Source: Squalus acanthias (lineage: Eukaryota). From it: 64,000 nucleotides of DNA. The stretch covers positions 40,858,001-40,922,000 of the forward strand of contig CM059439.1 of assembly GCA_030390025.1 (NCBI GenBank), given 5' to 3'. Below the pieces are notes generated by a model. The model made no database searches, was not told the origin of the DNA, and saw only the letters and a list, made by a program, of their open reading frames with translations. The translations under genes and the position numbers were made by a program. Position 1 is the first letter of the stretch, and the number at the start of each line of letters is the position of its first letter. Of this stretch, positions 1-12,479 are shown in pieces.

Positions 1-250
1 GAAGAGTAAGGAAGTTCTCCTCAGTGTTCTGGCCAGTATTTATCCCTCAGCCAACATGACTTAAAAAAAACAACAGATTATCTGGTCATTATCTCATTGT
101 TGTTTGTGGGACCTTCCTGTGCACAAATTGGCTGCCACGTTTCCTACATTGCACCAGTCACTACATTTCAAACGAACTTCATTGGCTGTAAAGCACTTTG
201 GGACGTCCTGAGGTTGTGAAAGGTGCTTTATGAATGCAAGTTTGTTCTTC
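1..250 (+). mobile_element. Deu-domain SINE (SacSINE1/AmnSINE1-like), 3' part
   Basis: Deu-type core (cagattatctggtcattatc...aaattggctgcc...tttcctacatt) and L2-type tail (ttcattggctgtaaagcactttgggacgtcctgagg...aatgcaag). It matches the full copy at 62461-62924 on the opposite strand. Confidence 0.85.
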
Positions 251-264
251 TTTCTTTCATTGTA

Positions 265-1400
265 CATGATTGTATGTATGCTGATGATACCCAGCTCTAA
301 CTCTCCACCACTTCCTTTGACCTCACAACTGCTTCTGTGCTTTTGGACTGCCTATCTGACTTTGTCATGAATTAACCAAAAATTCCTCCAATTGAACATA
401 TAGAAAACCAAACTATCGTTTTCAGCCCCTCCCAAAAACTCATCTCCCTTGACACTCACTCCATTATCCACTTTGCTGGTTGCTCACTGAGCTTGAACCA
501 GGCTGTTCGCAACCTCAACCTGCTGCTCGGCTAGTGTTGAGCTTCAAATCCTATATTTCTACCCATCACCAAGACCTCTTCCGTCTCTGTCCATACCTCA
601 TACTTCTGGGCAACACGGTGGCATAGTGGTTAGCACTGTTACCTCACAGCGCCAGGGACCCGGGTTCGAATCCGGCCTTGGGTGACTGTGTGGAGTTTGC
701 ACATTCTCCCTGTGTCTGCGTGGGTTTCCTCCGGGTGCTCCGGTTTCCTCCCACAGTCCAAAGATGTGCGGGTTAGGTTGATTTGGCTATGATAAATTGA
801 CCCTTAGTGTTAGGGGGGAATTAAATACGTGGGGTTACGGGGATAGGGTGGGATATGTGTCGGTGCAGGCTTGATGGGCCGAAATGGCCTCTATCTGCAT
901 TGTGGGGATTCTGTGATTCATCCCCACCACTGCCAAAAACCTTATTCACAAATTCGACATCCAAAGCTTCGATTTCTCCAGTGCCCTCCTTGCCCATGTC
1001 TACTCTCCATAGACTTTAACTCATTTAAATCTCCATCACTCACATCCTGTCCTGCACTAAGTCTCACTCGCCCATCACACTTTGTCCTCATTGACTTACA
1101 CTTTGAATATAATATCCTCTTCCTGAAATCCCTCCATTGCCTTGCCCCACCCTGCCTCTGCAGCCTCCTCCAGCCTTATGTTTCCTTCCACTCCTGTACA
1201 ACATCCTCCCACCACCCTCCATCCCATCCCTCCATCCCGCCATTGGTAGCTGAGCCTTTAGCATCCTCAGCAGTAACATCTGGAATTCCCTCCCTAAAAC
1301 TTTCTACCTCTATGCACCTTCAAAAGCCTTCTGATAGCCGGTCTGTGATCGGTCACTTCTTTTAACTCTCTCATTAAGACTGTGTTAATGCAAGTTGTTG
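265..1400 (+). mobile_element. Degenerate L2 LINE 3' fragment, interrupted by an HE1 SINE
   Basis: tatgctgatgatacccagctc (YADDTQL) at ~277, downstream similarity to the L2 copy at 13859-14720, and an aatgcaagttgttgtt tail at ~1387-1402. Confidence 0.7.
608..919 (+). mobile_element. HE1-type V-SINE (tRNA-derived, CR1-type tail)
   Basis: A box tggcatagtgg, B box ggttcgaatcc, V-domain (tgtgtggagtttgcacattctcc...ggtttcctccgggtgctccggtttcctcccacagtccaaaga) and tail gatgggccgaaatggcct...gattctgtgatt. HE1 is an elasmobranch family. Confidence 0.9.
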
Positions 1401-1895
1401 TTCTACCTAGCCATTGATTTTTAATTGTGAAAGTAAATTAAGTGTAGTACAATACAAATAGTAGGCCTGCATCAACTTTGATCAGGTTTTAGAAAGGATT
1501 TTTAAAAACTTGCTAATTTAATTTGTAACCACACACTTTGCCAGTAACTGATCTGCAAAACATACTTAATAACTGGAAAAGACTAAAACAAATCATAGCT
1601 GTCTTCATCTTTCAAGTTGCAACACTTTGTTTTTTAAATCAGTTGGCTAGAATATTTCAGTAAATTGTCACAATTCATTGCACTTTCCTTGTACATAGTA
1701 AATCTCTTCAGTAAATTGTACCTTGGTGTATCTCCAGGTGTAATGTAATAATTCCCATAATTGAAATGGGTAAAGAGAAGCCTTTGACCTGATCACTATT
1801 TTTCCTGAAGATCAGCAGAGAAAGGAGAAAGTTGACCTGAGGGCTTGCATGTGTTTGAGGGCTTTCTCAGGTTCTTTGTTTCTTTATTTGTCCAG

Positions 1896-2111
1896 GCTAT
1901 TCGATTGTCCCTGGAGCAATCATTACCTCCAGAGCCAAGAGAGGAGAGCACTGAACTTGTCAGCAAACTACGCATCAGAACACCGCGTGGGGAATTCTTT
2001 GAACGGCGTTTCTTAGCAAGCAACAGGCTCCAAGTTGTCTTTGATTTTGTGGCTTCCAAAGGCTTCCCAAAGGATGAATACAAACTGCTGAGCACCTTCC
2101 CCAGAAGAGAC
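1896..2111 (+). CDS. FAF1: FAS-associated factor 1, penultimate coding exon (most of the UBX domain)
   Basis: Acceptor ttatttgtccag| and donor |gtaagt; 216 bp, phase 0. Encodes AIRLSLEQSLPPEPREESTELVSKLRIRTPRGEFFERRFLASNRLQVVFDFVASKGFPKDEYKLLSTFPRRD, matching the vertebrate FAF1 C-terminus including the UBX FPR motif. Confidence 0.97.
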
Positions 2112-3349
2112 GTAAGTGCTTCATATCATGTTTTCATGAGCATGCTACAGTTTTTATTAAATGTGCATTCAACTTGGAAAGATTAAAACGAAGGTTACAA
2201 GATTATACTTTCAAGTAACTTGATTTTAATTGCAAATAGATTATATTTTATTTGATTCTTTTTCGTTTTTTACTTTGAGACGTATTTTCTACCACACAAT
2301 AACATTTTCAAATACTACTTTGTATAGTTTCTGAAATTTTACTGATGAGGATAATGAGAAAAAAATCAGTAGTTTCTCTTAATAAATCTGACCAGATGGA
2401 ATTTTTAACACCTGCTGTGCAGGCTTTCAAAAGCTTAACCTCTTAATTCTTTCACCAGCATTAACTCATATGACGGTCTGAAAAAAATCCTCTGGGCATC
2501 AACTAACTTTTAGATCCACGCTGGTATTTTCTTTTGTTTAAAAAAAGGCTACCACACAGCTGTGAAGTCTTAAGCAGGCATTAAACAAATGTAGAAAAAA
2601 TGAAATAATCAAGAGAAGAACATCTTAAACATGCTACAGGGCATAAATTATAAAGTGACAGATCTATTGAAGTTAATTGCAAGGCAGTGAACACACATAA
2701 CATGTTATATGACGACGTAAGTTGTAAGAATGGCAATCCAATAGTCATCAGAATCCCCAGATTATTATGATTAACTGCATCAAACCAAAGCCCATTTATT
2801 CTCATTATATCGCACACCTGATTGACGCATCCTATTTTTTATTTTCAGATTTTATTAACTTTTTCAGAACTTTTTTATTTATATTACATGGCCTTCAACT
2901 AGGCCAACACATTTCTGACTTTGGAACAAAATTGCTTGAGTATTCATGGAGTCACTTTCCCTTCTTCTGCCTTCATTAATACTCTTTATAATATCACTGC
3001 CAGTGCAGTATTAATTTTGGAACAGATGGAGGGTTCATACTAGCCAGTCTCTATTTGTGAAGTGGCAATCATTTTAATATTGTGCATGCATATTTTAGAG
3101 TGCACTTCTAATACTAAATTACAATTTTCAGCTTGACACTAAATCAGGCACTTTTGCCTTTTTCAAAACAGTAGCGCTAAGATAAACAGGGAGATAGGTT
3201 GTCTCATTCTGTACTCAATTTCTGGACTTTCCTCTATGAAAAACCAAAGGTCTTGCTTCAAATAATACCAAGTAGGAAATAGAGCCAATATCACTTTTAA
3301 AGGAAAAGAGTTAACTCCTGTCTCCATTATGATGAGTCCTGGTCACATT

Positions 3350-3985
3350 GGCCCGTAATTTGTGGCCAGCGGCGAAGCAAGCTTCCCACAAAGATCTCGC
3401 GAGCTCTGTGGCGAGAAGTTCGGCTTTTTCGACGTTCAGTTGAGATCAGTGTAAGTTAATGGGGAATCCCTAACGCGGGCTGCTGTGACGTCAACAAGCT
3501 GTCTAAGCAGCCAGTCACAATGCAGAATTCTCACAGACCAGGAAGTGAATAAGCTCCTTTTATTCTAACTTTTTTAAAATGTTATAGAGAGCAAAACAAA
3601 GATTGGGGCTCTCACATGGGGAAAACGTAAACCTGAAATAAATATGAACGAACTTTAAAAAAAATATTTTTTTAATGTTTTTTTTAAATTGTAATTTTTA
3701 TTAAAACGGATAAATTTGACATTCCACAAAATGAAAATTAGTTTTTCCGAACCTTAACATTTGTTTAGCAGTCAATACGCTGTTAAAACCCCAGTTACAC
3801 CTAATCCAACAAGGTCTAACTTTTAATAGGGTACTTAACAGCGATATTACCGCAGAAAAGCCAAAGTTTTCATCAGTTTCACTGATATCCCATGCGCTGA
3901 ATCCTGAAGTTGCGGTCAGTTTCAAAGGGGTAATAACAGTGTACGCTGTTCGTTTGATGTTATTACCCACCGCAAATTCAGGGCC
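3350..3985. mobile_element. Non-autonomous DNA transposon (PIF/Harbinger-type MITE), copy A
   Basis: Imperfect TIRs ggcccgtaatttgtgg ... ccgcaaattcagggcc, flanked by ATT on both sides (3347-3349, 3986-3988). An inverted homologue lies at 22861-23613. Confidence 0.8.
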
Positions 3986-4123
3986 ATTATTTTAAAAACT
4001 CATCCCCCCCCCCCCCCCAAAGTTGGTCACCCAATTCCTACCATCCTGGAAGCAGTTGTTTCTATAATTGGATCCTCCTATTTTCCACCAACAATCTTCA
4101 GTTGGACTTTTTATTGAAATTAA

Positions 4124-4218
4124 ATAAAAACAGAAAGGCTGGAAATTCATAACCGATGAGTCAACATAAATGAAGAGAAAGACAGGTTAACCTTTCAGGT
4201 GTAGATCCTTTGGACTGA
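4124..4218 (-). mobile_element. Penelope-like element terminal fragment (hammerhead core decayed)
   Basis: aaaaacagaaaggctggaaatt...gttaacctttcaggtgtagatcctt; same subfamily as 31975-32070. Confidence 0.6.
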
Positions 4219-4399
4219 TAACCATGTTATAAGGACTATTACTCTTAAGTAATGGAGACATTTATGGCTTGCCAGAGACACTGTTGAGAAAATATGTCAT
4301 TCCCAAGTGCAATAATTTCAGTCTGTGGTGCATGGAGGGAGATCTAAATGCCCACTTATTGCAATACCACTAACGATATTTGCTGAACCAGAACATGCT

Positions 4400-5300
4400 G
4401 CCACATTCCAGTTGCAGACAAATAGCATGCATTCCAACTTTGTCGACCCACTGAAGACCTTACAGTGCTAAGAATCTTCTGATAGCGCAGCTCAAGGAAG
4501 GAGCGTGGGAAAGTTTTGCATTCAATTTAAGCCCATGATTCTATGAACTCCTTGGTTCTTGAGTGGCAATCATTATATCTTTGCTGAGCTTGAGTACAGG
4601 TTGGTCATTCAACATGGGTGCAATAAATATCCCTTAACTCCCAGGAGCCTGCATTCCATTCTTAACTTGCCCTTTAAACAGTTTGGTCACATTGGACTGC
4701 CTTTATGAAGGAATCCCTGGGCGCTATGTTTACAAGAATGATTTTCAGGTGGGTACTCTGCAGCTTCTGGACTTTGAGGAAATAGAAGCCATTCCAAGTC
4801 ACAAAGGGCTAGTTTTTATGAGCAGGCACAGAAATGGCTATGTACATGTAGTCAACACTCTTCAGCCAAGCAAAATAAAAAGCAAGCTACCTTTCTCATG
4901 CTGCTGGTAGTCCCTTCCAATACAAATCTTCAGTCACATTTGTGCCATAGCAGCTTTGTCCTGAAAAGTCTCCCATGGGTCATTGGAATGCACCGGTGCC
5001 ATAAAAGATTGGGATAGTGGTGACCTTCACTTCCACCAGTAGTCAGATTCTTCTGCTCTACTGTGGCTGCAAATAATCTTGGACTAGGGTTATAACTTAA
5101 TGACTGCATCCTTACTCAGTCTGCTCTTCTGTGAAATCCCAGTAGCTGTGCATGGTGCAGAAACACCTCATCCAAATAGTTGAGGCTCACCGTACAGAAC
5201 CTCCTATGCTTCAATGCTCATTTGCTGCATTCTCCTCCATATGCACCGTTACATTCTTGTAGCCTACAACTGGGACTGCACCCATTTCTTTTTGCTGACG
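4400..5300 (-). pseudogene. Degenerate PIF/Harbinger (HARBI1-like) DDE transposase
   Basis: Minus-strand reading across stops and frameshifts gives SYWDFTEEQ, VKVTTIPIFYGTGAFQ, SVDYMYIAISVP, PFVTWNGFYFLKVQ, DSFI-RQS, LLGVKGYLL and TQAQQRYNDCHSRT, in the order of Harbinger motifs (VKVTVALNFYATGSFQ, IDCTHVAI, FVNRKGFHSLNVQ, HDSFILRQS, LLGDKGYPL, RYNxAHxxTR). Confidence 0.8.
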
Positions 5301-6493
5301 TGTTCACCCTTTGCAAAAAAAAAAATGAAAATATGGCATCTTTAGTTAGATGGCCTGACCTGCTTCTTGGGACTTACCTGCAGGTCTGACTGGAAGCAAA
5401 TATCTAAATTGTGAGACTTATTCTCCCCAAGGAATGCTGCACGTGTTTCTCTACATTTGACACAGAGCCAATAACAAGCCCGTAACAACAATTTAAAAAA
5501 AATTATTAACCTTTCTGCTTTTTACACATGGAAGAAATGCAAAAAAACAAGAATTATGCATTTGCAACCAAATTTATGATAACACTGCATTTTTCACAAG
5601 ATTATTTACTTCTCCATTTTGTTGCACTTTACTCAGCCTCTCCATAATGTATGTTATGAGTATAATATGGCTGAATCATTAAAAATTATGACAGTTATTT
5701 GTCTCTTCTGTATGGGATTCAAAGTCTAACTAAATCTGTTTTCAAGCAGTGCCTGTTTGGATTGTTTGTAGAATCAGTTGAATGTTAGCAGCTGGCAGGA
5801 AGATTACCTCCAGGGAAAGCGAAACAGGCACTGAACCACTGCTCTTTGGGCCAATTTCAAAAAAAGTGCTTTTGGACAACAGCTACAAGGCTGGCATATG
5901 GAACAGTCCTCATATCTTTAGCAAGTATTATTGTTTGGATTTATCTACTAAAGAGATTGTAAACTTTAGCACATTCGTTTTAGATGCAGACCATGCGTTA
6001 GTCTCAGAGGACCCACCCTTACCACAAAAATAGATTACATACCCTCAGTAGGTTCTTGTTATTGTGAATAAAATTATTCTCTGCATGTTGTAATTCCTTT
6101 GTCTTTCCAGTCTTTCTGTGCACTTGCCATATTGGAAGCTGTGGTTACATTCTTCTACCTGTCCAAAGTGTGGAATTAGTAGTCCAACCGTGGCTAACGA
6201 GAAGTTAAAGATAGTATTAGATTAAAGAAAGAGGCTTATAATGTTGCCAAAAATAGTAAGCCTGAGGATTGGAAGGATTTTAGAATTAAGCAAAGAATGA
6301 CCAAGAAATTTATAAAGAAAGAGAAAAGAAAATGAGAGTCAACTAGCAAGAGACATAAAAACAGATTGTAAAAGCTTCTATAGATATGTTAAAAGGGAGA
6401 GATTAGCGAAAGTAAACGTGGGTCCTTTAGAGGCAGACATAAGAGAAATTATATTCGGGAATAAGAAAATAGCAGAGATTAAACAAATACTTT

Positions 6494-6841
6494 CATAGAA
6501 TGGTTACAGCACAGAAGGAGGCCATTTGACCCGTCGAGCCCGTGCCGCCTCTCTGCAAGAGCACTTCAGCTAGTCCCACTCCCCCGCCTTCCCCGTAGCT
6601 CTGCAAATTTTTTTCCTTCAGGTACTTATCCAATTCCCTTTTGAAAGCCACGATTGAATCTTCCTCCACCACCCTTTCAGGCAGTGCATTCCAGATCATA
6701 ACCACTCGCTGCGTAAAAAAGTTTTTCCTCATGTCGCCTTTGGTGCTTCTGCCAATCACCTGTCCTGTGTCCTCTGGTTCTCGACGCTTCTGCCAATGGG
6801 AACAGTTTCTCTCAATCTACTCTGTCTAGACCCTTCATGAT
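6494..6841 (-). mobile_element. Short CR1 3'-end copy inserted antisense into the CR1 above
   Basis: Reverse complement of the 3' end of the 29503-30240 copy. The host reads aaacaaatacttt|gtatc uninterrupted at ~63220. Confidence 0.9.
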
Positions 6842-7303
6842 TTTGTATCAGTCTTCACGGTAGAAGACACAAAAACATTCCAGAAATAGTGGGGAATCAA
6901 GGGTCTAGCGAGAATGAGGCACTTAAAGAAATTAGTATTAGTAAAGAAATTGTACTGGAGAAATTAATGGGACTAAAAGTCGACAAATCTCCTGGACCTG
7001 ATGGCCTACATCCTTGGATTTTAAAAGAGGTAGCTACAGAGATAGTGGATGCATGGTTTTGATCTTCCAGAATTCCCTAGATTCTAGAACATTCCCTGTG
7101 GATTGGAAGGTAGCAAATGTAACTTCACTATTCAAGAAAGGAGGGAGCTATAGACCAGTGAGCCTGACATCAGTAGTAGGGAAAATGCTAAAATCTATAA
7201 ATAGGGAGGTGGTAACAGGGCATTTAGAAAACCATAATATGATTGGGCAGAATCAACATGGATTTATGAAGGGAAATCATAGAGTTTTTTGAGGCTGTAA
7301 CTA

Positions 7304-7667
7304 CAGGAAACTCTTTATTAACCTGGCACCGACGGGACTGGCGTGGTGCCGGTTAATCAAAAAGTCCGGATAATGGAGAGTTATATCTCCCAACGTACGA
7401 GAGCCCCGTACACATTGACATGCGCCTGCATTCGGAGCTCCGTCTCCCCGGGGACCGCCAGCTGACCATCTGTCGTGTCCGCTGCCTACCCGGGCTGCAC
7501 ATTCCCCTCCCAATCTACACGCTCCGATACAAGGCAAACGCCTCGGGGTTTTTTTTCAAGTTAATTTTAAACGAGAGATGAGGAAAACCCCGGTTACCTA
7601 CTCAAGAATTTTGCCGGTTAAGAGAGATTTCCGGATATTTGGGTGCCGGTTAATAAAGAGTTTCCTG
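7304..7667. mobile_element. Tc1/mariner-pogo (Tigger-like) MITE, 364 bp
   Basis: 20-bp perfect TIR caggaaactctttattaacc (extending to ggcacc) with TA duplicated at 7302-7303 and 7668-7669. The empty site tgtaacta|gt is seen in the paralogous CR1 at ~63702. Confidence 0.92.
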
Positions 7668-9461
7668 TAGTAGGGTAGGTAAGGGGGAACCAGTGGATGT
7701 GGTGTGGTTAGATTTTCAAAAAGCATTCGATAAGGTGCCACACAAGAGATTATTAACAAAATTAGATTGAGGATTGGTCAACGGACAGAAAACCAAGAGT
7801 AGGAATAAACGGGTCATTTTCGGATTGTCAGGCTGTAACTAGTGGGGTACCGCAAGGATCAGTGCTTGGACCTCGGCTATTTATAATCTATATCAATGAC
7901 TTAGATGAGGGGACTGAGTGTAATGTATCTAAATTTGCTGATGATACAAAGTTAGGTGGGAAAGTATGCTGTGGGGAGGACATAAAATGTCTGCAAAGGG
8001 ATATAGACCAGTTAAGTGAGTGGGCAAGAACATGGCAGATGGAATATAATGTGGAGAAGTGTGAGGTTATCCACTTTGGTAGGAAAAATAGAAGAAAAGC
8101 AGAATATTTTTTAGATGGTGAGAGACTGGTAAATGTTGGTATTCAGAGGGACCTGGGTGTCCTTGTACACGAATCACCAAAAGTTAACATGCAGTTACAG
8201 CAAGCAATTGGGAAAGCAAATGGTATGTTAGCCTTTGTTACAAAGGGAGTATAAGAGTAAAGAAGTCTTACTACAATTATATAAGGCCTTGGTAAGACCA
8301 CACCTGGAGTACTGTGTACAGTCTTGGTCTCCTTACCTAAAGAAGGATGTACTTGCCTTAGAGGGAGTGCAACGAAGATTCAATAGACTGATTCTGGGAA
8401 TGAGGGGATTGTCCTATGAGGAGAGAATGAGTAGACTAGGATTATATTCCCTAGAGTTTAGAATGATGAGGTGATCTCATTGAAACATATAAAATCCTTA
8501 AAGGGCTTGACAGGGTAGATGCTGGGAGGATGTTTCCCCTGGCTGGGCAGTCTAGAACTATGGGACACGGTCTCAGAATAAGGGGTCGGCCATTTAGGAC
8601 TGAGCTGTGTAATTTCTTCACTCCAAGGGTTGTGAATCTTTGGAATTCTCTACCCCAGAGAGCTGTGAATGCTCAGTCGTTGAGTATATTCAAGTCAGAG
8701 ATAGATAGATTTTTGGTACTAAGGGAATCAAGGGCTATGGGGATAGTGCGGGAAGGTGGAGTTGAGGTAAAAGATCAGCCATGATCTTATTGAATGGCAG
8801 AGCAGGCTCAAAGGCCCAAATGGCCTACTCCTGCTCCTATTTCTTATGACATACATTAGCATACTGCCTAATAATAGGGATTATTCTGTAGTAGTTACAG
8901 GATACTTTAATTTGAAGAATGACAAAAACCCACGGCATCAACACAATGGATCAATAGTAAATTTTCCCCTGTAACAAAATAATAATACAGAACATCTCAA
9001 AATGCACTATATATGTATTACATCATAAAAAAGACACAGAAAGCCTTGTAATATGTGAATTGCAACTAAATTAGATTGTAGTATGAAGGAAATAAGGTAA
9101 GTCATTTAACTCTAATTTCATTTTGAATTTTTAATACAGGCATACTTAGTAGGTTTATTAAGTCTATTTAAATCCAAACCATATTTAAAGTCTATCTTAA
9201 ATTATTTTATTATATCTGTCAATTAAAATTTTCAAATCTATGCATAAAATTAAATCACCCTCATTCAGTTACTCATTGTTTATAAGCAGCTATGAGGAAA
9301 AGAATTGTGGTCTGTTTTAAATTGGTTTAAGTTGTGTGCTAATTTTGAAAAGTAACATTTCACTTTACAATGGTTTTGACTTTTTTTTCTCATCGGTGAG
9401 AGACATACTGAAATATGTTACCTTTTCATAAATAAGTAGTGTATATGTTAGTAGTGTGTAT

Positions 9462-9930
9462 GGGAACAGTAACATAGTGATTATGATACTGGACTAGTAA
9501 TTCAGTGGCCTGGACTAATGATCTGGAGATGCGAGTCCAAATCCCATCACGACAGCTGGGGAATTTAAATTCAGTTAATGAATTAAATCGGGAATATAAA
9601 AGCTAGTATCAGTAATGGTAACCATGAAACTACCGGATTGTCGTAAAAACTCATCTGGTCCACTAATGTCCTTTAGGGAAGGAAATCTGCCGTCCTTAGC
9701 TGGTCTGGCCTACATGGGACTCCAGACCCACAGCAATGCCCTCTTGACTGCCCTCTGAAATGGCCTAGCAAGTCACTCAGTTGTTCCAAACCGCTACGAC
9801 AAGGTCACTGTGGGATTACCTTCACCACACAGACGGCAGCAGTTCAAGAAGGTGGCTTCTCAAGGGCAGTTAGGGATGGGCAATAAATGCCGGCCTTACC
9901 AGCGACGCTCACATCCTGTGAATGAATATT
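9462..9930 (+). mobile_element. tRNA-derived SINE sharing its 3' tail with a CR1-clade LINE
   Basis: Decayed A/B boxes (taacatagtga, gagtccaaatccc) and body cactaatgtcctttagggaaggaaatctgccgtcc. Tail 9810-9925 matches the LINE ends at 29271-29390 and 38580-38710. Confidence 0.8.
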
Positions 9931-12479
9931 AAAAACACCTTTTAAATGTCTCCTCCCACTTGAAATTCAGCCTCTTTCCAGATTAAGGAGTAGGCTTGAT
10001 TTAGTCAATTGTTGTATAATAAAGGATTGATCATATTGAGAAGAACAATACACTATACGTTATATACTGTTTTAAGGTGTTGCTTTAGTCCTAAAATCAA
10101 GCAGTCTACATTGGCTAGTCGCTGCACCAATTTGCATTATAATACTTAATTTCGTGTTTAGTAATTATTTACCCCTGATTGCCAGAAAATGAATTAATTT
10201 TGTATGTAGTGGTAATGTTACTTTTGTGTTTAATATCATTTACACCTTGATCCTTCTCTACTCATTAAAACTAGAAACTAATGATTTACATTTTGAGACT
10301 ATTAAATACATAGTAAATCTGGAATAACTGCTCTCATTGCTTTTTCCAGTTCTTGATGCTGTTAAATGAGAAATAAACAGCTGATTCTTGCTGGACCAGG
10401 CTGTATTATCGTCCAGCACATACAGTACTAGACAAGCTTGTGTAACTTATTATTAAAAAGGTGGTGGGGGTAGTAATAAAGTGGAAGTGGTTGCTCCATA
10501 TTCTAGTCTTGCTGTTTTTAAAGCAAGGGTAAAGTATAGGCAGTTTCTATTATAAATGTGGTACATAGGAATTTATAATAGCAATATAAAAATACAGATA
10601 ATGTATGATTTACATTACTGAAATATCTCTGCACACGCTAGTCCAAATATCCCTCGCCAAAACCCCACTTCACATTAAGACTGCACTTGACTATCCATGT
10701 GCAACACCATAGGTAGATAAGTTATAGATTGTAATATGTAGTAAAATTTACATTTATAAAACTGCTTTAAATTTGCTTTTAAATAAAAAGATGAAACGGT
10801 TGCAACAAATAATGTTTTAAACTGTTTCTCAAAACCGGCTGAGATGATGAGTCTAATAGAGAAGACTCTGTTGTGCTATTGAAAGAGTGACAAAAGATAA
10901 AATACAGATTTGGCAAAAGAGTGGTGCCCAATAAAAACACAGAGAAAGAGTCTCCGTCATATCACTGTCTCTCAGTCTGTTAATTGTCTCCTCTCCCCCA
11001 CAGTGGATTGCCCCCGAAACTTTATTCCACTATTTTTGCAAGCTACAGTATAATCCATGTTTATTTTCTGTCCCTCCGATCACTCCACATTCCTTACCAT
11101 CTCCCTGTAGATTTTTTTTTTTTTGGTTTTACAAATGAAATTTTGGCTGAATATCACGGTTCAGATTGTTCTTCATTTCCATTTTCTAGGAAATATATAG
11201 ATACATATTACACCCTTCATGATATGAGTAAATTAAGTCACCATAGAAGGTTGATGGTTAAAAGACCAGAATAAACTAACAAAAGGATATTATAAAGACC
11301 TATATAAAATAAGATCACGGAAAGTTTATTTACAATAGACTAGTATGGTGTGTTAATTAAGCACACAGACAAGCCAGATGAACAGAAATGCCTTGGAGCG
11401 AAGCAAAACAACAGCTTTGTTTGTTGACAGATGCTGGAGTGTTATTGTCTGTTAATTGGATAATGGTGTAAACATTTGCAAACTCTGCTGTCCTTGGTGA
11501 ATTCAGTGCTTGAAGGGCAACAAGAGGCATGATCTCTGTGTATGACCATATGCATGTGTTCCCCTCATACAGCCTTGCAGGTAAATAAAGTGAGTTTACA
11601 ATTTCAGGTCACTATTAGCATTTTAATTGGCAGCATGGAGCTGAAAATTTCAATGAAGATTTATATGTTCAAATAAATCAGAGTATTGTCCTTGAATATA
11701 GCCTAGTTTGTCTGATTACAGTCTAGTGAATAGTGTTCATTAGAACATACTTGTGTTCTCAGTCATTGTTACCAGATATAAGTACAGTTCTGTATGCATC
11801 TGGCTCCTGCCATCCTTGCTTAACTCCTCACATTTGAGTTATCTGTAGGGATTTGAAAAGAAGTGCGAACTAATTAGATACAAGCCAGCAAAACAAAGCT
11901 GATGTGAGTTAAAACTAGAAAATTACCTGCTTCTGGTACGTGCACTTGTGTTGAGATTTGCAAATAGTCCCAGTGTAATATCATTACAGTACTCTAGTGC
12001 AATTGACTGTAGCAGATGGACTCTACAGTGAGAAAACATAAACAAGTGATCTTTCACACCTTTATCACAATAAAAAAAGCTTATAGTGCATTTTGAAATA
12101 CATAATGGACACAGTCTGTTCTTAATTTAAAGCTACTTTATTCTTGGAATCAAAATTATGCAAAAAAAAACTCCCATTAAAACATTTTAAATTCATTGCT
12201 TAGTTCGCCCTCTTAATTCAATTTTTTGATTAATTTGAATTAGAATTTCCACTGCAATAGGTTCTGACCAATGACATTTTTCACTTAATTTGAAATCAAT
12301 CCCTGATCAATATTCGGTCTTTAAGTGTGGCACCCTTCCCTCACCTGAGTGCAATACAGCAGCAAGTGGAGAGAGCAGTTTGCGAATATGGCTAGCCAAA
12401 AGTACAAGACCTTCCAGCAGAGGAAAAATACAAGATGATCACATATATGGAGGAGCACTCTGGGGAAATTAACATCCCT

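Larger units (their letters stand above)
6181..8850 (+). mobile_element. 5'-truncated CR1 LINE (ORF2 RT and 3' tail) with two nested insertions
   Basis: RT fragments (DWKVANVT-LFKKG, YRPVSLTSVVGK, SKFADDTKLGG, LVRPHLEYCVQ) and a CR1 tail. Collinear with the CR1 at 62440-64000. Confidence 0.95.

Noticed and set aside
608-680. tRNA gene (also 62850-62924 and 9462-9550)
   Set aside because: The A/B boxes are SINE heads continuing into SINE bodies; they are not standalone tRNAs.
1845-2186. 113-aa ORF as a standalone gene
   Set aside because: Only 1896-2111 is FAF1 exon; the rest is intronic read-through beyond clear splice sites.
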